Part shown: in pieces, positions 28,751 to 36,743 of the stretch
Position numbering within the stretch: the stretch's first letter is position 1
Layout of the letters: every line of letters begins with the position of its first letter
Source of the DNA: Acidobacteriota bacterium
GTDB taxonomy: Bacteria > Acidobacteriota > Thermoanaerobaculia > Multivoradales > UBA5704
Reading direction: 5' to 3'
Length of the DNA: 64,000 bases
Assembly: GCA_040005235.1 (NCBI GenBank)
Contig: JBDTZG010000010.1
Span: 32,001-96,000, forward strand
Translations under genes and position numbers: made by a program
Notes under the pieces: generated by a model
Told to the model about the DNA's origin: nothing
Database searches by the model: none
Seen by the model: the letters and a program-made list of their open reading frames with translations, nothing else

Positions 28751-30115
28751 ATGAATGATCTGCATCTGAGTCGGGAGCTTCTTCGTGCCATCGCGGCCGG
28801 CGACCTTCCCCCTCGCACACTTCTCGACATGGCCCTCCCACACCTGTTCGAGCTTTGCCCGCACTGTGCCTCGGAGTGGGATTCGTATCAGCGCGAGATG
28901 CGGACGCGCCCGGGAAGTTACGCGGGCGCCTTCGCGATTCTTCCAGCCCTCCTCGAACGGGAACTTCCCAAGGCACAGGCAGAGGAACACCAAGCCCGCA
29001 AGGATCTCCAAGTCCTCTTGGGCCTCCCCGAGGACCAGCGTATTTCGCGTGTTCGTCGCTCCTATCGACGCTTCCGGACACCGACTCTGGCCCAACTCCT
29101 TGTTATCGAATGCAGGAAGCGGTTGAGTTCCGTTCCCCGCGAGGCCTACCATTTAGCGGATCTCGCTCGCGAGGTCACAAACCAGGTTCCCGAGTCACCG
29201 ATCGCCCGCGAGCTGCGGGCGCTTTCGTTTGGCGAGATGGCAAACGCCATCCGGGCCGTCGGTGATCTCCCACAAAGCGACCGCATCTTCGGCCAGGCTC
29301 GCTACTTCACCGTGGTTGGCGGGGTAACCGATCCAGAGATCCTGGCACGGCTCGACTCATTGGAAGGCTCACTGCGACTCGACCAGGGCCGCTACCGTGA
29401 TGCCGAAGAGATCCTCGGCAGGGCGCGGCTTCACTACGAGCTCATAGGCGACCGTCCTGCGGTCGGGCGAGTGCTCATGCAGCTCGCGACGGTGTACCGC
29501 CGCAGTGGAGAGACTTCACGCGCAGTGCGGCTCGGGACAGAGGTCGTCGGATACTTCGACCCTGAGTCCGACCTTTGCCTCTATCTCGCCGCCCGGCGGA
29601 ACCTCGCGGACTACCTTGGCGATTATGGGCGCGGGAGGGAGGCCCTCGCGATTCTCGACGAGGACGAGGTGCGGCATCGCTCCCTCGGAGAGCCCCTTCT
29701 CCAGATCCGCTACACCTGGATTCGCGGCAAGATCGCTATCGGTCAAGGAGAATTCGAGAGCGCGGCGCGCCTTCTTGCCGCGGCGCGCGATGTCTTTCTT
29801 GGCTCCCAGAAGGAGTTTGACACCGTTTTGGTCTCACTTGATCTTGCCCAGGCCTATCTTGGTGCCGGACGCCTGGAGGAGACGAAGCGAATCGCCTCGG
29901 AAATCGTGCCGCTCTTCGAGGCGAATGAGCTGCATCGCGAGGCATTGGCGGCCGTTCTCGTTTTTCGCGACGCCGCCGAGCGCGAGACGCTTACGGTCGA
30001 TTTCCTGCGAGAGATGGGAACATTCCTCGAAGCCTCCCGGACAGATCATTCTCTGCGATTCGAGCCTGGCAAGCGTCTGAATCCACGGGGACGGACACTT
30101 AGCAATGACGCCTGA
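28751..30115 (+). CDS. TPR protein with N-terminal HxxxxCxxC zinc-finger (zf-HC2-like) motif
   Basis: HLFELCPHC; helical TPR-like repeats. Confidence 0.8.
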   Translation: MNDLHLSRELLRAIAAGDLPPRTLLDMALPHLFELCPHCASEWDSYQREMRTRPGSYAGAFAILPALLERELPKAQAEEHQARKDLQVLLGLPEDQRISRVRRSYRRFRTPTLAQLLVIECRKRLSSVPREAYHLADLAREVTNQVPESPIARELRALSFGEMANAIRAVGDLPQSDRIFGQARYFTVVGGVTDPEILARLDSLEGSLRLDQGRYRDAEEILGRARLHYELIGDRPAVGRVLMQLATVYRRSGETSRAVRLGTEVVGYFDPESDLCLYLAARRNLADYLGDYGRGREALAILDEDEVRHRSLGEPLLQIRYTWIRGKIAIGQGEFESAARLLAAARDVFLGSQKEFDTVLVSLDLAQAYLGAGRLEETKRIASEIVPLFEANELHREALAAVLVFRDAAERETLTVDFLREMGTFLEASRTDHSLRFEPGKRLNPRGRTLSNDA

Positions 30116-30279
30116 GACCGATGGTTTTCGCACTATGCGCCGACGCCTCTTAACGCACAGCGAGACATGCACATATCTGAATTTGACGCGATGCGCGTGA
30201 AGCGACAGACTTCTTGACGTTATGATGCTTTTGCCCATTTTCCAGTAATGCTTTTACTCAACACCAATAGGAGACATCA

Positions 30280-31014
30280 ATGCGCTACATTCTCGCTTTC
30301 TCAATACTCCTGATCGCCGCTTCCTCTCCACACGCGAGTGCCTTGGATATTAGAACGACACCATTGCCTTCTGTCACTGCTGCAACGGTCTCTACGCAGT
30401 TTGGCTACACCACAGCCCAAGCCAAAGGAATGTTGGACTTAACCCAGAAAGAACTCTGGTCTCTCGTACCACCGAATCCGACGGCATGGACAACTTCCAC
30501 TTACGCTCTGAGAACTCGAATGAATACGGCTCTTGGGACGCAGGGTTTCGACAGTCCACTTGCAAATGTAATCATCAATTCTTGCAAGGTTTATGCTCGC
30601 GATGCTCGTCACTGTGTCATATTTGCGTCGGCGGTCGCCTGTGCTGAAAGTAGCTGCGGTCAGACATATAGCACTTCTGCTTATGCAATTTTCGGCCTCA
30701 AAGATAGCAACAGCCAACCTATTAAATACTCGTCAAGGACGCATGCGGTCATTGATTGGGTGAAGAGGTATAATGTCAGCTGGTTCGTTGCTGACGAAGG
30801 TTATTTTTACGGATTCTGCAAAAAATACGGCTCGACCTTCCTTCCGCATTGCGACAACGTAGGCACAGACTATTATGCAAATTATTTTTACTCGAACAAG
30901 AAGGGCCGGTATCCTGCGTCGAATTATTGCGGCTCTGAGAGCGGCTCCTCCACTCCTGGTTATTGTCCAAACGGATTCGCGAATTCCAAGGCGGCGTACT
31001 TGAAGGTCAAATGA
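30280..31014 (+). CDS. Secreted lysozyme-fold (glucosaminidase-like) protein
   Basis: AGGAG RBS, signal peptide, ACAESSCG and IFGL motifs. Confidence 0.55.
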   Translation: MRYILAFSILLIAASSPHASALDIRTTPLPSVTAATVSTQFGYTTAQAKGMLDLTQKELWSLVPPNPTAWTTSTYALRTRMNTALGTQGFDSPLANVIINSCKVYARDARHCVIFASAVACAESSCGQTYSTSAYAIFGLKDSNSQPIKYSSRTHAVIDWVKRYNVSWFVADEGYFYGFCKKYGSTFLPHCDNVGTDYYANYFYSNKKGRYPASNYCGSESGSSTPGYCPNGFANSKAAYLKVK

Positions 31015-31255
31015 CCTCGATTTCCGATTCTAGAGTCCAGACGCAATCCGCGGATACCATGTGAACATGCTCTTCCACTCTCGAATGCCACCGCTCCACA
31101 TGTGGCCGGAGATCGCAGCAGACCGCCGTCATGGCAAGCAATGCACTCATGACGCGCTTCCTACGCGGCTATTCTGCGGGAACAGAGCTATCTCAATTAC
31201 GGAATTCGGGCCGCGGTGTGAGGAGCACCTCAGGCCGAGCTAGCAGCAAGCCGCC

Positions 31256-32410
31256 TCACAAAGCAATCCTGAGTTGGCTGGGTGAGGCTTCCAAGGTTCT
31301 TGAACCTCCCGGAGAAGGCTTCGCAGGAATGAAGGGGCGATCAATCCACTGTTTATAGGCAGCGATGTTACAGGTAAGGAGTGCGTCCACCAACCTGTTT
31401 GCTTCCGGGTCAACTCCTTCCCACTTAATCCGCCGCGACATCAACCGCGCCCTTTTCCTCTTGATAGAATTCATGAAGGGCCTCGAATCGCTTATCGTCC
31501 AATCGGTAAAGAGTCGAGAGATCTCTCCCCTGAATTGTGCAGCTCCAACAGCAACAAGGTGCAAAGGCCGCTTCAGAGCATCCTGAAGCCGTGCTAAGTG
31601 GTGCAGGGCATCGCGCCCTCGCGCCGGATTCGCGAGACCGGTCTGGAACTCTTTCGAGACCATCGTGATCTCTTCGTGAGTCTCCAAAAATTCGAGCCAG
31701 TATTGCCAGTCTCGTAGAGTAACAGCCTGAAGATATGGAATGATTGGAATACCACGTGCACTCCATTCCCGAGCACAGACCAAGGAGCGCTTTCGGTTGT
31801 AGAGATGCTGGGGCCGAGGATGGCGTAACGAGAAGGAATAGTTTGGAACTATTGCTCCGCTAAAACCCATTTTCGCGAGTGAAGCAAAAATCTCTTCGTT
31901 CCTGTCTCCCCAATAGCGCTCAATGACATCATCCAGACCAATACCTACCAACAACAGCTTTGCTGTTGGTCGCAGCTTGAACCGTTCTCGGATTGCACTG
32001 CGAGACATCGCAATAGGAGTTGGTATGCCTCGGGGATGTTGAATCAAACCAGAGAGAGGTACGGCTGCCCAATCAGCGCGAAGAGACCTCGCGCGGCTTG
32101 ATCCATGCTGGATTAGCGGGAGGTAGCGTGGAAGTGCTTCAGTTGGAACATTCAAAGGTCCAATATCGTCAAAATCAAAACCTCCAACCTCAATGAATGC
32201 GTCGTTCAAGACATCAGGCTTACCGAGGCAGATAAGATCACAATCAGCGGCACAGCCGTTGCATCGGCCCTCACACCATCCCCCACCAACTCGAGTATTC
32301 CCACCACAGAGATACAATAAGCCGCAGCCCTGACACCATAAGCTGACAGTGTCACCGTCCATGCGGTGAAGTTCGATGTTCTCGCTCAAGACCTCTCGAG
32401 ACCTTTTCAT
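31256..32410 (-). CDS. DUF4417-like protein with Cys-rich N-terminus
   Basis: CxxC..CGG..C...C..C..C; PNYSF, NRKRS, GIPIIP motifs. Confidence 0.6.
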   Translation of the reverse strand: MKRSREVLSENIELHRMDGDTVSLWCQGCGLLYLCGGNTRVGGGWCEGRCNGCAADCDLICLGKPDVLNDAFIEVGGFDFDDIGPLNVPTEALPRYLPLIQHGSSRARSLRADWAAVPLSGLIQHPRGIPTPIAMSRSAIRERFKLRPTAKLLLVGIGLDDVIERYWGDRNEEIFASLAKMGFSGAIVPNYSFSLRHPRPQHLYNRKRSLVCAREWSARGIPIIPYLQAVTLRDWQYWLEFLETHEEITMVSKEFQTGLANPARGRDALHHLARLQDALKRPLHLVAVGAAQFRGEISRLFTDWTISDSRPFMNSIKRKRARLMSRRIKWEGVDPEANRLVDALLTCNIAAYKQWIDRPFIPAKPSPGGSRTLEASPSQLRIAL

Positions 32411-32428
32411 TAATGATCAACCTTTCGC

Positions 32429-32806
32429 TTAATGCTTCTCGTATCGAGGATGGAATTTCAGTGCAACTATTCCTTCCTCTTGGAAAACCTCGGTTACTTC
32501 GGCCGATAGAGCTTTGCTCTGTCGCGCGCTCGCGGAAGCTTCACCGAATAGTTCGACCACCCGCGATTTTCCATACGACAACGTGAAACTGTCTTGCTCT
32601 CCTACTTGAGGAAAGTGCACGAGTCTTTGACCGGGCTTGACTGACTGGCCTGGCATGAGCAGACCAATCACGTCAGACGAAATACTCGGAGGTACGCCCG
32701 AAAAAAGGTCTGGTCCAGCGAGAAACCTCTGGAAGTCGCGATCGATGCAGCGACGGATCTGTCTGTGCTGACGCTCAAGAAACTCTTCACCCATAGCTAC
32801 CTCCAT
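32429..32806 (-). CDS. Hypothetical protein, third gene of a 4-gene operon
   Basis: Overlaps the upstream gene; 18 nt gap to the downstream gene. Confidence 0.65.
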   Translation of the reverse strand: MEVAMGEEFLERQHRQIRRCIDRDFQRFLAGPDLFSGVPPSISSDVIGLLMPGQSVKPGQRLVHFPQVGEQDSFTLSYGKSRVVELFGEASASARQSKALSAEVTEVFQEEGIVALKFHPRYEKH

Positions 32807-33405
32807 AAGGGGACGTAAACAAATTGACGTCCATACTTGTAGCGACTGAGAAGCCGCTGCTCATAGAGCAGAGCAAGCCGATTGCTCCACCCTGTCTGTT
32901 GAATTCGGGGATCTTGACGAAAAAGGTCGGTAGCAGTTGCCTGTTCTAGAGAAACAACCCGGTCGTACGTCTCGGTAGCGTCTCGGTCAAGCCCGAAAGG
33001 CCGAAACTTTTGCTGATCGGGTTCCCAGAAGAGGGTTCGATAACCGGTAGCCTTGAGGGCGAGCTCAATCTCGTCCCTTGACTCTGGGTTTACGTCTGCG
33101 AGTACTGGAAAAAGCTCCTTCTCGCGCGCAACCCGAGAATTCCAGAGCCACTCAAACGCACCGAGGAAATAGGAGGAAGTGACGAGTTGCACTCCTCCGA
33201 AGTCCAAAAGAATTGCAGCGTTCGAGGTTTCCCTACCGATCGCCTCATCCAGGGCGGGACGAGTGGCCTCACCCGCAAGTCGGCCGGCTAGGGTCGTACT
33301 CCCCCCTAGTGCCGCTACATCTACCCTGACCTGCGTCAGCATCACCATGAATCGTGACGATAGAAGAATCGGCAAGGACTTGTCAACCCCCCCCTTACGC
33401 TCCAT
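32797..33405 (-). CDS. STAS-like domain plus winged-HTH protein
   Basis: ILLDFGGVQLVTSSYF; C-terminal WSNRLALLYEQRLL...GRQFVY. Confidence 0.65.
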   Translation of the reverse strand: MERKGGVDKSLPILLSSRFMVMLTQVRVDVAALGGSTTLAGRLAGEATRPALDEAIGRETSNAAILLDFGGVQLVTSSYFLGAFEWLWNSRVAREKELFPVLADVNPESRDEIELALKATGYRTLFWEPDQQKFRPFGLDRDATETYDRVVSLEQATATDLFRQDPRIQQTGWSNRLALLYEQRLLSRYKYGRQFVYVPLWR

Positions 33406-34309
33406 TGAATGGGCCTCCTAGTCGAACTCGAAAGCCATTGCTCCGAACTGGCAAGGCGCGAGCATGGATCGTTTGGTGGGTGGGGCTTACCCCCTCCCAT
33501 GTCGCGACAGCCCCCCCTGAGCGGAAGCGAAGAACAGCCCGACGATCGACCAAGGACTTAAAGACGCGGGAGAACCCCATTCCCCGACCTGAAATTGGCA
33601 ACCGAGACACACCGGGTTGGAGCGCCTGCTCCAGTGCTTCACCTTCAGTCCCAAGAGCCTTGTGGCGCGGGTTCTCTCTCAGGCTTGCGAGCACTCCCCT
33701 CCCAACATCTACAACACTGAGAGCCCACGTTCCTTGGCCAACCTCAAAACATGCAACAGGGCGCACAGGCGAAACTGCGTGCTCTGCCGCATTCGACATC
33801 ATCTCCTGAAGCGCCCCAGCAAGTGCACTCGCGAAACCTGACCCCACGCCTTGGCTGCGCAAGGCGGTGCGGAATTGCTCCTGAAACTGGGTCAGAATTC
33901 CACCTGGCTCCCAGTCCTTCGGTGATGTACCGAATTGTTTGATTCCTGGGCGAATAGGCCCTTGGGTATATGCCAAGCTTCGGGACTGATCTGGCTGGAG
34001 AAGCTCGCAGCCCGCAGCTAGTGCTCGCAAATTAGTGAGCGCAGGCCAACGCTCCAATTCCGGAAATGATGAAATAAGATCCTCTCCGCTATCTCGCCAT
34101 CTCGAGTAGCGAAGTGCGGAGAACTCCAACGCTGAAGAAAACCCCAAACCGACGAGATTTCCTCCCGTTGCAGTTCCCCTTTGTAGGGCAATCTCAAACA
34201 GATCAATAGGATCGAAGGATTGAGACATTCTGGTCCGCTTTGGCTTTCGGTCCACTTCCCATTGAGCAGCTCCTTTCGGTGCCGAGAAAGGCAGGCGTAA
34301 GTCTATCAT
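33395..34309 (-). CDS. GHKL/HATPase_c (anti-sigma kinase-like) ATP-binding protein
   Basis: N-box EMMSNAAEHA, G1 DVGRG, G2 GRGMGF. Confidence 0.8.
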   Translation of the reverse strand: MIDLRLPFSAPKGAAQWEVDRKPKRTRMSQSFDPIDLFEIALQRGTATGGNLVGLGFSSALEFSALRYSRWRDSGEDLISSFPELERWPALTNLRALAAGCELLQPDQSRSLAYTQGPIRPGIKQFGTSPKDWEPGGILTQFQEQFRTALRSQGVGSGFASALAGALQEMMSNAAEHAVSPVRPVACFEVGQGTWALSVVDVGRGVLASLRENPRHKALGTEGEALEQALQPGVSRLPISGRGMGFSRVFKSLVDRRAVLRFRSGGAVATWEGVSPTHQTIHARALPVRSNGFRVRLGGPFNGA

Positions 34310-34414
34310 GGAATCAGCAGTCTCGCGCGAAGAGTGCTAACAGATCTCACTGAACCGTAGGTCAAGCAATTGTCGGCAGGCAAAGAGCCCCAGGATCTCT
34401 CCTGGGGCTGGTCG

Positions 34415-34858
34415 CTACGCTTCCGCCTCCACGAACTCCCTCACCACCGTCAGCACGCGCCTGTTCGTAACCTCCTTTCCCGTCTCAAGAAGACTGATGG
34501 TGTCCTTCGGGACATCGAGCTGCCGAGCCAACTGATACTGCGTGAGCCCGAGGTTCCGGCGCTTCTCCCGCAGCCGCTCCGCGAATGTCATAGCCCCCTG
34601 GAAGGGTTCGTACCCTAGAAACTCGATAATCCTCCCCAGGTACGAGGTCTTCGGCTCAGCTCTCCCGGTCTCCCAAGCGTTGACCGTGTTGGCCTCCACT
34701 CCAAAGATCTCGGCAACCTCAGCCTGAAGAAGCTTCAAGTCCAGCCGGCGCTTTCGGAGGTGGTCTCCAATGGACTGGAGTTCCTTCGGATACTCCGGCG
34801 GCAAGGGCTTGGGCACCGAGATCGTGAGGTGGCAAAAACCCAAAGCAGGTATCGCCAT
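34415..34858 (-). CDS. Tandem XRE-HTH protein; its ATG lies in host comEC sequence across the att junction
   Basis: Two HTH_3-like units (HLRKRRLDLKLLQAEVA..WETG; LREKRRNLGLTQYQLA..LETG). Confidence 0.85.
   Translation of the reverse strand: MAIPALGFCHLTISVPKPLPPEYPKELQSIGDHLRKRRLDLKLLQAEVAEIFGVEANTVNAWETGRAEPKTSYLGRIIEFLGYEPFQGAMTFAERLREKRRNLGLTQYQLARQLDVPKDTISLLETGKEVTNRRVLTVVREFVEAEA
34830..34853. other. Right att junction
   Basis: + strand TGGCAAAAACCCAAAGCAGGTATC. Confidence 0.85.
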
Positions 34859-36587
34859 CAGGGTGGGTCATCACGACGGCATCCAGCCGCCGCACCCCTT
34901 CGGCTAGCAGAGCGGGAAGCAGCACCCGGCCACCGAGATCGCCGTGGCGCCAACCGCCGCCGTCGACCAGAATCGCCCGCGCGCCGTCGCGCAACAGGAT
35001 CGAATCCCCCTGGCCAACGTCGAACATCGCGAGCGTCGGCTCGGTTCCCGGGGGCCGGTGCGCGCCGATCGCGACCCCCCCCCCAAGCGCCAAGGCTCCG
35101 CCGAGAGCCAAGAGCACCCGTTGGGAGCGCGACAGGCGGCGATCCGGCGCCAACGCGAGCAACCCGACGCCCGCGGCGAGCAGAATCGCCGTGCCGAGCC
35201 CCGCGGCCACCGGAATCGAAGGCCGCCAGGGGCCGGGAATCCGCGCCGGCCAGCCGAGCGGCGCCGCGAGCGCGTCGAGCCACGGCAGAACCTGCCTTGC
35301 GAATTCCGGCGCGACGCAGGCGAGGCCCAGCCAGACGAAGCAGGCAGCGAGCGCCACGGCGGCCCACGGAATCGCGATCAGGTTGAACGCAAACGAAGCC
35401 GGGGTCAGTAGGTGAAACGCCGGAAGCGCAAAAGGAAGGGTCGCCACCTCGGCTCCCGCGCTAGCCGCGAGACCCCGCCGCAGCCACGGGCTCCAAGAAA
35501 ACGGCCGGCGGTTCCAAGCCCGCTCGAACCGGGGGGCGACCACCAACAAACCGACGGTTGCGGACATCGAGAGCTGGAACGACAGATCCAGCACGAGATC
35601 CGGCCGGCTCGCCACTCCGAGCAGCAGCGCCAGACCGAGGCCATTCTTCGCCGCCGGAGGGCGTTCGAAAGCAAGGGCCGCCACGGCCAATAAGCCCATC
35701 ACCGCGGCGCGCACCAGGGCCGGGAGCGGACCGGCAATCATCAAATACGCCGCGACGGCACCCGCCGCTAGCAGCAGCCGAACTCCTCGCGGCAGCCGGC
35801 TCCCGAACAAGCCGCCGAAAAGAAAGACGAGCGCCGCGGCCAAGCCGACGTGAACCCCGGACACTGAGAGAAGATGGAACAGCCCGGTCCACCGCAGCCC
35901 CCGCTTCCAGGCCGGCGGAATGCGCGAGGCATCCCCTAGAACGAATGCACGGACGAGCGCCTTGCCCGCGCTTTCGGGCCCCGCCGCTCCGATCCGCCGT
36001 TCGAGAGCCCGCCGCCATCGCGAGGAAAGCCGAGAGAGCGCCCCCGGCGGCCGTTCGATTTCGAGAAACACCCGGCTCTTGAGCGACATCCGCCAACCGC
36101 CCGGCTCGCTGGGACCTGCATTCGCAAACGGTGCCGAACGTCGGAGATACCCTTCGGCCCGCACCCGCGAACCGAACTCCGGCGGTTCCTCCTCTCCGGG
36201 AATCCGCAACCGGGCCGAAAACCGGACCGGCTCCGATCGACCCGCTTGGACGAACCGGTCGACCTCGAACGGCGCCTCCCAGCCGTCCTCGTCCGCCGTC
36301 CAATGGCCGGAGATCGTGCCAGAAAGGATCACCGGCCGATCGGAATCCAAGCCCAGTTCGGCGCGTCCAGGTAGGGAGTAGAAAAGAGTCGCCACCAGAG
36401 CCCCCGCGCCCACCGCAGCGACGAGGACCCCGAACCTCCGCCGCAGAGCGAATCCCGCGGCGATCAGGGCGACCAGAAGGGGAACGGCCGGGCGAAAGGA
36501 GAAGAGCGCAAACAGAGCCCCCGCAGCCAACGCGAGGGCCGGGGCAAACAGAGGAGCGGACGGGGAGGATCGATCGTTGGTTTTCAT
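34851..36587 (-). pseudogene. comEC: 5' part of comEC/rec2 (579 codons); reads 43 aa into the element to a stop at 34719
   Basis: HLLSVSGVH, SFQLS, FDVGQGD, DGGG and THPDGD motifs. Confidence 0.95.
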
Positions 36588-36743
36588 GCCCCCTAAGACG
36601 CGTTCGGGGGCCTTTGATCTTGCAGTTTCGGGCGCCGAAGAAGAAATTGTTCCCCCGCGGGCGAGAATGGCGTAAGTACGGCGTATAATCTGCCTGCCTT
36701 ATCGCTCAAACCTGTGATCTGGCCCGGCCGGCCGGGAGGTGAC

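Larger units (their letters stand above)
2890..34853. mobile_element. ~32 kb serine-recombinase integrative element inserted in comEC
   Basis: Two comEC halves join in frame at a shared ATC (2890-2892 and 34851-34853); recombinase at the left end; mobile and defence cargo; visibly more AT-rich than the flanks. Confidence 0.95.

Noticed and set aside
2890-34853. Prophage
   Set aside because: No terminase, capsid, portal or tail genes are recognisable.
36588-36743. A duplicated tRNA-Pro 3' end marking an att site for the RM pair
   Set aside because: No copy of the tRNA 3' sequence was found by eye, so no element boundary is claimed.
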